Shown: positions 1 to 8,972, numbered from the stretch's first letter. The stretch is DNA of 64,000 nucleotides from an uncultured Rikenellaceae bacterium (GCA_964638545.1 CAZXAM010000003.1:11429-75428), one strand, 5' to 3'. Program-made: numbers and translations. Notes: generated by a model from the letters alone, not told the origin.

Positions 1-2275
1 ACTTGTGCTTACCCATATTTTCGTTCAGGAAAGTGGCAGAATAGACATAAGAAATATTATATCTGTTCATCAGATAGTCAAGCTTGCGGTAGATAATATC
101 TGTTCCATCATATGTCGATGAGATGAATGTTTCAAAGGGTAAATACGAGAGAATATTATCAGGAGAGATCATCAGGTTGTCCGAGAGGAAATATTTTTTT
201 ACAGGTTCTATCAGAGTCTGGTACAGACCAAAGCCGATTTTCTGAAAATCCCTGAATTTTGTCCTTGTTCCTTCGGAGTTCAAAGGATATGCAAGGAGGT
301 TCCTGAAATCTTCAAGGCGTTGCATGAACGAAGAATCGGTTTGGATTGTCACAAGCTGTCTGTGCTTTTTGTTGACAAGAAAAACATAGAGTACAGTATC
401 GGAGACAACATAGTTCAGGTAGTTAGATCCTCGCCCGATGATCTTAGGAATTTCTTTCAGCGCCGGGACACTGTTACTGTATTTAAGTGAGAAATATCCG
501 GGATAATCTTTCTCAAATGTCAGAATGAGGGCATCGCGGGCAGTAACGGCCTCAAGCAGATTCTGTTTCCAAATGGCAAGCATATCCTTATCCGGTTTTT
601 CCTTTTCATTTTCCTGGGAGATCCTGAAATTGTAAAATCCAATTTTTCTCTGAAGCTCTTTTTCTTTCCCCGCCAGAAGGTCAGGTATATGGAACTGAAC
701 GGCCTTCATCTGTCTTGTAGCAGAAAGAAGACCTGCAACTTTGCTTTTTTCTGCGTATTCGAAGGCTTTTTCAAGATAGCGGCTGTCGCCGGTTTTCCTG
801 TAGCAAAGTTCGAAATCGCGGATTGCAGTCAGGTATGAATTCCGGAAGTTATCCCCGAGTATCAGCCTGCTTTCTTCTTCAGTGATAGTGTACCTTATTC
901 TGTCGAGGAGGGAGATAACCAGTTCGGATGTTTCCGCTGCTTTTTCCAGGATATGGATATTTCCGGATTCAGAGTACATGCTCCGCAATATATCGTATTT
1001 AAGCTGCAGAAGTCTCAGTGAGCTTCTGTCGACTGTGATCGAATCGAGTGAAGGATTCGCGATGATATTGTCATCGGCATTCTGTCCATTATTTCTGAAG
1101 AGGAGATCTCTGATGATCACCAGCGCCTGCCTTTTTTCACCGTTATTGAACAGCATTCTGGCATAGCCCGACAGAATCTGTGTTTTCATCACAACGTCTT
1201 TTTCATGCTTCCCGATGTATGTAAGAAGAGTATCATATATTGCTGATGTTTTAGCGGTACCGCCCATAAAATCTGACAGATAACCTGCATAATTATTAAG
1301 AACCTCGATATAGGAGCGCGATCCACGGCCATATACCTCGATCGCTTTTCCTGCCACTCCCGAAAGGAGCCTCTCTCCTTTTTCAGCATCTCCTGACCTG
1401 GCAAGCGTTGACGCATAATTATAGATCAGGTTAAATGTCATATTGGTATTCTTGTCGACAGCCAGGTTAATTCCGCGGGAAAAGAATTCGGATTCCTTGT
1501 CAGAAAGGCCGAGATGACCATATGTGACCGCCATACTGTTGATCAGGTTAATGTAGTCTTCATCGCGGGAGATGTTATTCTCAAGTATCATTGATTCGGC
1601 TTTTTCAAGGTATATCCTGGCCTTTGCATAATCTCCCATTCTGGCATACCCTACTCCGACCGTATTATAGAAGCGGCTGAGACCCTGATTGTCCAGTGCA
1701 TAGTTGTTGTTGTTTATAATCATCTGCGCCCTGAACGAGTAATCAATAAAATCTTCGTAGTCGAGGCATTCTATAGAGGCTGCAGCCAGGGCAGAGTATG
1801 CTTCAGCAAGCTGAGGGGCATTCTCCCCATACTGCCTTACCATCAGACCTGCATAATCTTTCATATAGACAACGACCTGAAGGAAATCGCCAAGATAACT
1901 TGATGCGGTTCCGGCGTTGAAGATTGCATTTGCATATCTTTCGTCTTCCATTTCCAGCTTTTTCCTGATACCAATGCACTCATCAAGTTTGGACATTGCG
2001 GAATTATACCTCCCAGACAGAAGGTCGCAAACTCCCGAAAAATAAAAGATATCGGATATCATCATGCTGTCGCCCGGATGAAACCGGATCGAATTCCGGA
2101 GACTGTCGGAAACTGAACGAAGTCCTGTGGTATCACCGTTAGCTGCCATCAGCTGAATCCTTGTACCTATACGGTCGAATTTGTCAGCTGACTGGCTGAA
2201 AGAGGCTCGCAAATTCAGAGCTGTAAAAAAAAACAGCACAGCCGAAACAAACATTAAGTTCAAATACCGGAACAT
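1..2275 (-). CDS. Secreted TPR-repeat + CHAT-domain protein (partial; C-terminus lies beyond window start)
   Basis: Absent from the ORF track because it runs off the edge. Manual translation of the minus strand from ATG 2275-2273 is stop-free to position 2 (758 codons). The N-terminus MFRYLNLMFVSAVLFFFTALNLRASFSQS looks like a signal peptide, followed by long TPR-like helical repeats. The last in-window residues (LMISPDNILSYLPFETF...RYNISYVYSATFL) resemble the start of CHAT domains. The catalytic His/Cys would lie outside the window. Confidence 0.75.
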   Translation of the reverse strand, partial: MFRYLNLMFVSAVLFFFTALNLRASFSQSADKFDRIGTRIQLMAANGDTTGLRSVSDSLRNSIRFHPGDSMMISDIFYFSGVCDLLSGRYNSAMSKLDECIGIRKKLEMEDERYANAIFNAGTASSYLGDFLQVVVYMKDYAGLMVRQYGENAPQLAEAYSALAAASIECLDYEDFIDYSFRAQMIINNNNYALDNQGLSRFYNTVGVGYARMGDYAKARIYLEKAESMILENNISRDEDYINLINSMAVTYGHLGLSDKESEFFSRGINLAVDKNTNMTFNLIYNYASTLARSGDAEKGERLLSGVAGKAIEVYGRGSRSYIEVLNNYAGYLSDFMGGTAKTSAIYDTLLTYIGKHEKDVVMKTQILSGYARMLFNNGEKRQALVIIRDLLFRNNGQNADDNIIANPSLDSITVDRSSLRLLQLKYDILRSMYSESGNIHILEKAAETSELVISLLDRIRYTITEEESRLILGDNFRNSYLTAIRDFELCYRKTGDSRYLEKAFEYAEKSKVAGLLSATRQMKAVQFHIPDLLAGKEKELQRKIGFYNFRISQENEKEKPDKDMLAIWKQNLLEAVTARDALILTFEKDYPGYFSLKYSNSVPALKEIPKIIGRGSNYLNYVVSDTVLYVFLVNKKHRQLVTIQTDSSFMQRLEDFRNLLAYPLNSEGTRTKFRDFQKIGFGLYQTLIEPVKKYFLSDNLMISPDNILSYLPFETFISSTYDGTDIIYRKLDYLMNRYNISYVYSATFLNENMGKHK

Positions 2276-2505
2276 CAGATTATGCTTTTTCCCTTCTAAA
2301 TATCTCAATAATATACGTGATAATCAAATTTTTTAATCCCATTTAGAAAAAAACGAGCTTGTATATGATTGAATATCAGAATTTAAAAAAATATTTTAAA
2401 AAAAACTGCATTTTTTTGGTCACAAACACGAGGGTTGTTACATGTAGTAATGAAAACAATTACAGAATTACCCTGAATTAAAATAAAATAAAAACAATTA
2501 CGAGT

Positions 2506-2640
2506 ATGAAAACCCTGAATTTCAAAAAAACAAGTGATCTCTTTGCCGGATTTGCATTATCAAATGATGAAATGATTAAAATACGTGGCGGGGAAAATGA
2601 CGGAACAATAAAACCACCTAACCCTCCCATCAAGATCTGA
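2506..2640 (+). CDS. 44-aa precursor-like peptide with double-glycine (GG) leader
   Basis: ATG 2506, TGA 2638-2640. Translation: MKTLNFKKTSDLFAGFALSNDEMIKIRGG / ENDGTIKPPNPPIKI. It is below the 60-aa track cutoff. The leader ends in L-S-x-x-E-M-x-x-I-x-G-G, the pattern of Bacteroidota GG-type bacteriocin/natural-product precursors. Confidence 0.55.
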   Translation: MKTLNFKKTSDLFAGFALSNDEMIKIRGGENDGTIKPPNPPIKI

Positions 2641-2884
2641 TAAGAAAGGTATGGAATTCTGTTCGCTTTTGGACGGAAACAAAATATAATATATCATCCC
2701 GGCAGGGATGATCAGGCTGGAGCTGATGACAATTGGCCCGGTTGAGGTTGGCACACCAATTTGCAGACATCTGTAATTGGCAATCTGGTGTGCACAGCTG
2801 ACAGCCGGATCAGGAGTTGACACAGATGAACAGTTTATTAAATTGTCTTACGGGATTGAATAAAAAACAAATATTCCAGGTTAT

Positions 2885-3631
2885 ATGAAAACAATCGACT
2901 TCTCCTATTTCATCGAAAGATACAACTCAGGTGAAATGGACGATACAGAAAAGCAATGGTTCCAGAAGGAACTTGAAGGAAACAAAAACCTCAGGGATGA
3001 GGTAAACCTCAGAGCCAAGACTGACATGGTACTGAAAGATTACTCATCCCTGCAGCTCAGGAACAAACTCCGTGCAATTGAAAAAGAGAGGGCAGCAGCA
3101 ATTCCCCCAAGAAACGGAGGCAGGCAGTCATCAATCAGGTATGCCGCAGCTATCGCGGTTTTAGTCCTTCTGGGAAGCATACTTCTTTTCCGGGGCAGGA
3201 GCCTGACACAGGAAGAGATCATGGACAGGTTCTATACACCTTATGAAGTGATTGCAGCTTCCAGGTCGGCCGGGGAGATAGTGGATGAAAATTACAAAAC
3301 TGCCCTCGACTACTATAATATCCATGATTACGGCACGGCGGCACAGTTCTTCAAAAAAGTCCTTGACGAGAACCCCAACGACATGGCCTCGACAATGCTT
3401 TATGGAGTATCCAGCTTTGAAGAAGAAGATTACCCTCTGGCTCAAAAATCATTCACCGAGGTAGTAACCGATAACGACAACTTCTACATTGAAGATGCAC
3501 AATGGTACCTTGCATTATGCTACATACGAACAGATGAGCGGTCGAAGGCAATCGAACAGCTTACACTGATAAAAAACTCGGAGAGCATTTATTCAAAGCA
3601 TGCAGGGAAAATCCTGAAAAAGATCCGATAG
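2885..3631 (+). CDS. Single-pass membrane protein with C-terminal TPR repeats (anti-sigma-factor-like layout)
   Basis: 248-aa ORF with ATG start. It has one hydrophobic helix (AAAIAVLVLLGSILLF). The C-terminal half has TPR-like motifs (ALDYYNIHDYGTAAQFFKKVLDENPND..., AQWYLALCYIRTDERSKAIEQL). Confidence 0.75.
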   Translation: MKTIDFSYFIERYNSGEMDDTEKQWFQKELEGNKNLRDEVNLRAKTDMVLKDYSSLQLRNKLRAIEKERAAAIPPRNGGRQSSIRYAAAIAVLVLLGSILLFRGRSLTQEEIMDRFYTPYEVIAASRSAGEIVDENYKTALDYYNIHDYGTAAQFFKKVLDENPNDMASTMLYGVSSFEEEDYPLAQKSFTEVVTDNDNFYIEDAQWYLALCYIRTDERSKAIEQLTLIKNSESIYSKHAGKILKKIR

Positions 3632-3647
3632 ATAAATATTCAGGGAT

Positions 3648-4484
3648 ATGCGGAACCTTATCTTAAATACCAAAGCCAATGACAACGATTCTCAGGCAAA
3701 CAGAAATGGAATCGATAAGGTTGATATTATCCATAATTACGATATGATCAAATGTCCGACAATCCTGACAGGCGTGTCGCATGAAGTGAGAACGCACATG
3801 AATGCAATCGTTGCGTTTTCGTACCTGATGAACAGGGATTCCTCAAACGATTCGGAACGAGAGGAATTCAGCAATCAGATACTCTCTTCGTGTGCTCAGC
3901 TTATTGGTTTGCTGGATAATTTTCTGGATTCGGCGATAATTGATCTGTGCAACCAGAAAACTGACCTTCGAAGATACAAGCTAAGCAGCATACTGGATGA
4001 GATGTATTCAGAATTCCGGGAAGCTCTCAGAAGAGAAGGCCAGGAGGAAGTTGAACTTGTTGCGGAGAGCAGAGAGCATGATCCGACTGAAGTTATCATA
4101 GATTCTGACAGGGTATTCAGGGTAATTCGCGCCCTTTTCCAGAATTCGCTGAAAAATACAGCTTCAGGGTACATTAAGATAGGTTACGAATTCAGGGAGA
4201 GTACAGTAACCTTTCATATAATTGATTCCGGCCAGGGTTATTTCAAATGCAAAGAATTTCTTCATACAGAAGATCTGAACCAATCGCTTTTAAAATTCAA
4301 CGATACAGTTTCGGCGGTTAACATAACCCTGGCCAAGAAACTTATTTCAGTCCTGGGCGGAACCGTGTGGCTCGAATGCAACGGGCTCACGGGTTCCGGT
4401 TTTTATTTCTCGATACCGGTAAAGAAGGCCGGAAGCCCGGATGTAAACATAGATAAACATCTCAATCCCATGATCGCAATCTGA
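3648..4484 (+). CDS. Histidine kinase core (HisKA + HATPase_c) without sensor or TM domain
   Basis: The H-box SHEVRTHMNAI lies only about 45 aa from the N-terminus. An N-box-like FQNSLKNT and a G1 box IIDSGQG are present, and the G2 region is degenerate. There are no hydrophobic segments. It starts 17 nt after the TPR gene. Confidence 0.8.
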   Translation: MRNLILNTKANDNDSQANRNGIDKVDIIHNYDMIKCPTILTGVSHEVRTHMNAIVAFSYLMNRDSSNDSEREEFSNQILSSCAQLIGLLDNFLDSAIIDLCNQKTDLRRYKLSSILDEMYSEFREALRREGQEEVELVAESREHDPTEVIIDSDRVFRVIRALFQNSLKNTASGYIKIGYEFRESTVTFHIIDSGQGYFKCKEFLHTEDLNQSLLKFNDTVSAVNITLAKKLISVLGGTVWLECNGLTGSGFYFSIPVKKAGSPDVNIDKHLNPMIAI

Positions 4485-4526
4485 CAGTGGATTCGAGTCG
4501 ATGTCTGATTCAGTCAAGCATGAGTG

Positions 4527-4560
4527 CAAAAATGGCCGTCACCAATACGGCCATTTTTAT
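4527..4560. terminator. Bidirectional intrinsic terminator between convergent genes
   Basis: AAAAATGGCCGT-caccaat-ACGGCCATTTTT. An 8-12 bp stem is flanked by an A-run and a T-run, directly after both stop codons. Confidence 0.7.
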
Positions 4561-6497
4561 TTCTTTCGCGCCACTACTTTTACTTCTGTCCTCCTGTTCA
4601 GCTTCCTGCCATCGAATGTAACATTGCTGGCCACCGGAGCAGTGTTCCCATAACCTTTGGATCTCAGCCGTTCTTTCGGAATGCCCCTGGATGTAAGATA
4701 GTTTACGACAGAAACAGCTCTTTTCTCAGATAATATGATGTTGTGCTGATCGGTGCCAGTGGAGTCGGTATGGCCTCCGATCTCAACGATAATGTCTTTG
4801 TTATAAGCAATAAGATCAGCCAGATTATTAAGCTCTTCGACAGATTCCGGCTTCAATTCCCAGGAATCCACTTCGAAAAAAACATTTGCCAGAAGCATTT
4901 TCTCTCCTACTTCCGCTGGACTCAGAGTTATCTTTTTAATCAGTGGTTTCACAGCTGTATGCACACCTTCGAACATAAAATTGTCAGAATAGAAAAGGTA
5001 ACCTTCCTTTGTGACATTAATCCCATAGTTATAACCCGACGGAAGGCATACGAGGAAGTTACCGTTGCCGTCTGTAGTGCTGTTTATTATTACCTTGTTT
5101 GTTGAAAGATTAATCAACTCATAATCAGCTTTCAACAGTTTTCCTGTTTCTTTGTCAGTCACTTTGCCCTTGAGATACGATACAGGATCGGGCCTCACTG
5201 ACTCATCGAGGTTAAAGGAAAAGACATCTTTCCCGTTCGTGTTGTTGCGTTTTGATGAAAAATAAGCTCTGAGACCTTCTGAATCGATTATAAGTCCTGT
5301 TTCATCGCTTGAAGTGTTTATCGGATATCCGAGGTTTTTAGGTTCCGACCAGGAGCTGTCGTTATTCATGCGGGTCATGTAAATATCAAATCCACCCATT
5401 CCGGGCAGGCCGTTTGAAGCAAAATAGAGGGTTCTACCGTCGAAGTGGATAAAAGGAGACATTTCGTCTGCATCAGAATTGACAGAACTTCCCATGTTTA
5501 CAGGCGGCGCCCAGGTTCCTTTGGCAGTAAGAATCGAAAACCAGAGATCCTTGCCTCCGAAGCCTCCCTTCCTGTTACTCGTAAATATCAGGAAATTACC
5601 ATCAGCGCTTATGGACGGCGTAGACTCCCAAGAAGTAGTGTTTACAGGCCATCCAAGATTACGCGGCACAGACCATTTTCCGTCGGTGAATGCAGAAAAA
5701 TATATATCACAGCTTCCCATTCCGCCAGGTCTCTCGCATGATGTGAAATACATGTAACTCCCGTTCGAAGAGAGTGTCTGAGCACCTTCATTTGCACGTG
5801 TGTTAAGAGGCTCGCCGACATTTACAGCTTTAGACCAGCTTCCATCAGTAAGGTAGCTGATATAGAAATCTTCCTGGCCTCCGCCACTACCCGGCCTTTG
5901 TGAACCAGCATTCAATTGCCTTGTGAACATAAGCGTCTGGCCATCGGCGGTGATAGAGGGCCAGTATTCATCATCGTCGGTATTAATTCCCGGTCCGACA
6001 CTTTCAGGATTGAAGAGGACGGGTTTCTTTACAGCTTCAATCGCAAATTCACAGTTTCTTATGTTTCGAAGCGCGAGAGGCTTGTTCTTTTCTGAGATCC
6101 CCGGCTGCCTCAGGTAGGTTTTATAGTGAGAGAGCGCATTTGAATAATCGCCTGCCATGAATTCAGCATTTGCCAGATTAAAGAATACAGGCCTGTATGC
6201 AGTTGAATCTATTGAAAGAGCGTTGTTGTAGTTCCTGGCAGCTTCCTCATAGTTTCTTCTTTTCGTGTTGATCTCACCAAGCATCATGTGAACTTCGTAG
6301 AACCTCTTATCGAGGACAAGTGCCTGATTAAAAACTGTTTCAGCTTTTTCAAAATTATTATAGTCATAATAAGTGAGGCCTTCATGATAAAGCCTGATTG
6401 CTTTGTTTGAATTAGTGTGAAGGCTTTGTGCAATACCTTCACGGGACGCTGAGCATGAGACAAGAATCAGAAATATGATTGCCGACAGCCTGATCAT
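4557..6497 (-). CDS. OmpA-family lipoprotein with N-terminal TPR, TolB-like beta-propeller repeats and C-terminal OmpA domain
   Basis: 646 aa. The signal MIRLSAIIFLILVSCS has a lipobox-like Cys. TPR motifs and repeated WD40-like TolB motifs (SISADG.., YFTS..) follow. The C-terminus IGGHTDSTGTDQHNIILSEKRAVSVVNYL is the OmpA peptidoglycan-binding motif. Confidence 0.9.
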   Translation of the reverse strand: MIRLSAIIFLILVSCSASREGIAQSLHTNSNKAIRLYHEGLTYYDYNNFEKAETVFNQALVLDKRFYEVHMMLGEINTKRRNYEEAARNYNNALSIDSTAYRPVFFNLANAEFMAGDYSNALSHYKTYLRQPGISEKNKPLALRNIRNCEFAIEAVKKPVLFNPESVGPGINTDDDEYWPSITADGQTLMFTRQLNAGSQRPGSGGGQEDFYISYLTDGSWSKAVNVGEPLNTRANEGAQTLSSNGSYMYFTSCERPGGMGSCDIYFSAFTDGKWSVPRNLGWPVNTTSWESTPSISADGNFLIFTSNRKGGFGGKDLWFSILTAKGTWAPPVNMGSSVNSDADEMSPFIHFDGRTLYFASNGLPGMGGFDIYMTRMNNDSSWSEPKNLGYPINTSSDETGLIIDSEGLRAYFSSKRNNTNGKDVFSFNLDESVRPDPVSYLKGKVTDKETGKLLKADYELINLSTNKVIINSTTDGNGNFLVCLPSGYNYGINVTKEGYLFYSDNFMFEGVHTAVKPLIKKITLSPAEVGEKMLLANVFFEVDSWELKPESVEELNNLADLIAYNKDIIVEIGGHTDSTGTDQHNIILSEKRAVSVVNYLTSRGIPKERLRSKGYGNTAPVASNVTFDGRKLNRRTEVKVVARKK

Positions 6498-6501
6498 TTA
6501 A

Positions 6502-7128
6502 TTACGGTATATGCATGTATTTATGTATCTGCAGGGAAATCCTCCATTCAGGATTTTTCCTGGCATAGTTTACCAATTCCGGAATTACAGTTTCAAACCT
6601 GCTCCATTCCGGCTGCAGGAACAGCCTGCATTTCGGGCTGACCAATCCCCTGCATTTCTCAGCCCAATCAAGATCAGTGTTATCCTGAATGATAACTTTC
6701 AGTTCGTCAGCCTTTTTGCAGATATTTAAATCCGGGGGCATGTTTTTCTTGGGTGAAAGGCAAATCCAGTCCCACATGCCGCTAAGCGGATATGCACCTG
6801 ATGTCTCAATAAATGTACAGATATTGTTCTCCCTGAGATTCTTACAGAGCAGGTCAAGGTTCCACATCAACGGTTCTCCGCCTGTAACGACTACTGAATC
6901 TGCTCCTGAACCGACAACACGCCTGGTAAGTTCATCTGTGCTTACCAACGGAAGAAATTCAGGATCCCAGGCAAATCTTGTATCGCACCAGCTGCACCCT
7001 ACATCGCATCCTCCCAGACGTATGAAATATGCGGCTTTGCCAGCATGATATCCTTCACCCTGAATTGAATAAAACTCCTCGACAAGAGGAAGCATATTGC
7101 TTCTATCATCTATTTTGACCTTTTTCAC
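6502..7128 (-). CDS. queE: 7-carboxy-7-deazaguanine synthase (radical SAM)
   Basis: EEFYSIQGEGYHAGKAAYFIRLGGCDVGCSWCDT carries the CxxxCxxC radical-SAM cluster in the QueE-typical context. The track start at 7128 is GTG. An in-frame ATG at 7095 (MLPLVEEF...) is an equally plausible start. Confidence 0.9.
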   Translation of the reverse strand: MKKVKIDDRSNMLPLVEEFYSIQGEGYHAGKAAYFIRLGGCDVGCSWCDTRFAWDPEFLPLVSTDELTRRVVGSGADSVVVTGGEPLMWNLDLLCKNLRENNICTFIETSGAYPLSGMWDWICLSPKKNMPPDLNICKKADELKVIIQDNTDLDWAEKCRGLVSPKCRLFLQPEWSRFETVIPELVNYARKNPEWRISLQIHKYMHIP

Positions 7129-7205
7129 CTGATGGTTAGAGTTATTCAGGATTGCAATTTACGTTACATTATTGATAACGAAGTTATGGCTGTGCATATT
7201 TCATT

Positions 7206-8972
7206 TCAGTTACGCCGGCCAAACAGAAGCTCACGTTCCCTTGAGGCAGCTGATTTAACCCATTGCTCAGGAATGATCTTCCAGTTATTCATCGGTTCAG
7301 GGTATATGTTCTTCTTCTCCTCAATGTATTTCATGATATAATACCTCAGGTCCCTTTCTGTTGAAGCAACAACGCGAGACATAAGATCATCATTCTTTAT
7401 GCCGGCACCTTCAGCCAAGTGCCCTCCTCCTCCGTTTCCCCGGTATGAATTTACCGCCACCCTGTAGGTTACGTCGTGCCGGAATTCCCTTCCATCAGTA
7501 AAGTCTAGTATTTCGACTTTCTTTCCATCAGGTTTTGAAGCATCCACGATATATTCCAGCCCGGCAGCCGAATCAAAATTATACGGCTGGTTTTTAAGCC
7601 ACAGCTGATTATCGGTGAGTGCCGGCTTGCCATCCTTATCAAGCCTGTATTTAAGCAGGTAATCAGCAGGGCTCTTCATGACATTAAGCCATCCGGAATA
7701 TGAAAATTCAAGGTATTTTTCTATTTCTTCTCCTGTAAGTTCCATGGTGTAAAGCATGTTCTCAAACCTGTAAAGCTTGAACATGTCGCCCACAGTGATC
7801 TTTCCCTTAGCGATGCTTACATCGAAGGACAATGGCGCTGCAAATGAAACATCTGCATCTGTGATCTCCAACTGGATCGAATGAATCATATCGACAAACG
7901 CAGAGGATCCGAAATAGGCATCCCTGGTTGAAATTGCAGCCCTGGAATTTCCGATCACTTTATTTACATACTTTTTCACAACTTCATCCTGAGATTTGAA
8001 GGCCTCAAGGAAATCATTATCAGGCTTGTATTTTTTTACTTTGATCATGCTGCCCGCTATTTTTTTGCGCACGCGGCCTGTCATCGAATTGACTGAAAAT
8101 CTTATATCAGCCCTGGCAATGCTTTCCGACCGGCTGCCGGCGTTAAGAATCAGCACAGAATCGCCATTGATATTTGCAAATTTCTCATTAGCTTCCCGAT
8201 GATCATGACCGCAGAAAATGATATCGAATCCCGGCACATTATAAGCAACGTCAGCTGTGCCGTTTTCGCTCATGTTAGATCCTGTTCCCGGCTTTGCTCC
8301 TTCCCTGTCCCATCCTGAGTGGAACAATCCAACGATCAGATCAGGCTTCTGCCTGAGGATCTCAGGCATCCACAGTTTCGCCGTTTCAACCATATCCCTG
8401 AATTCGATGCCTGAATAAAGCGTCTCAGGAAGCCAGGTTGGAACGGCTGGAGTAATAAGACCAAGAACTGCAACTCTGATTCCTTCCTTCTCAACGATCA
8501 CGAAAGGAGTAAAGTAAGGGTTGCCGGTTCTCTTGTCCACCGCATTTGCGGCAAGAAGAGGAAAGCTATTTTCCAGCACAAGCCTGTCATAAACATCATG
8601 TCCGGCTTCAATATCATGATTTCCGACAGATGCCGCATCATAATCAAGCCAGTTCATCGCTTCAGAGAGAAAATGGGGAGAGAGGGTGTCGATATAATTA
8701 TAATAGTAAACGGCAGGCTGACCCTGCAGGTTATCACCATTGTCAAGCAGGAAAACATTATTGCCGTTGTTTCTCAGCGACCTGATATAATTCGCCGAAT
8801 TGGCAAGAGAAGCATCAAGAGGTTTTTTTTCGATATAATCATAAGGCATAATAGTTCCATGCAGGTCGGTTGTTTCAAGGATAACAATGTTTTGTGTGTC
8901 TTTCCTGCCGCACGATGTAAAAAGTGACAAGAGGATGAAAGCTGCAATTATCCGAGTGTATTTACGATTCAT
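7206..8972 (-). CDS. Bifunctional metallophosphatase/5'-nucleotidase-family lipoprotein
   Basis: Start moved to ATG 8972 (MNRKYTRIIAAFILLSLFTSCGRKD, lipoprotein signal). Metallophosphoesterase motifs TTDLHG, DNGDNLQG and GNHDIEAGH are present, with a C-terminal 5'-nucleotidase-like domain. The track ORF to 9227 reads through a GC hairpin repeat. Confidence 0.85.
   Translation of the reverse strand: MNRKYTRIIAAFILLSLFTSCGRKDTQNIVILETTDLHGTIMPYDYIEKKPLDASLANSANYIRSLRNNGNNVFLLDNGDNLQGQPAVYYYNYIDTLSPHFLSEAMNWLDYDAASVGNHDIEAGHDVYDRLVLENSFPLLAANAVDKRTGNPYFTPFVIVEKEGIRVAVLGLITPAVPTWLPETLYSGIEFRDMVETAKLWMPEILRQKPDLIVGLFHSGWDREGAKPGTGSNMSENGTADVAYNVPGFDIIFCGHDHREANEKFANINGDSVLILNAGSRSESIARADIRFSVNSMTGRVRKKIAGSMIKVKKYKPDNDFLEAFKSQDEVVKKYVNKVIGNSRAAISTRDAYFGSSAFVDMIHSIQLEITDADVSFAAPLSFDVSIAKGKITVGDMFKLYRFENMLYTMELTGEEIEKYLEFSYSGWLNVMKSPADYLLKYRLDKDGKPALTDNQLWLKNQPYNFDSAAGLEYIVDASKPDGKKVEILDFTDGREFRHDVTYRVAVNSYRGNGGGGHLAEGAGIKNDDLMSRVVASTERDLRYYIMKYIEEKKNIYPEPMNNWKIIPEQWVKSAASRERELLFGRRN

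Noticed and set aside
882-1416. Track ORFs 882..1166(+) and 1189..1416(-)
   Set aside because: Both lie inside the long uninterrupted minus-strand TPR-CHAT reading frame, one antisense and one out of frame. Their translations are low-complexity.
2366-2482. 38-aa ORF MIEYQNLKKYFKKNCIFLVTNTRVVTCSNENNYRITLN upstream of the GG peptide
   Set aside because: It lies in a poly-A/T promoter-like tract and has no leader or signal features. It overlaps the degenerate duplicate of the peptide gene start, so it is probably non-coding.
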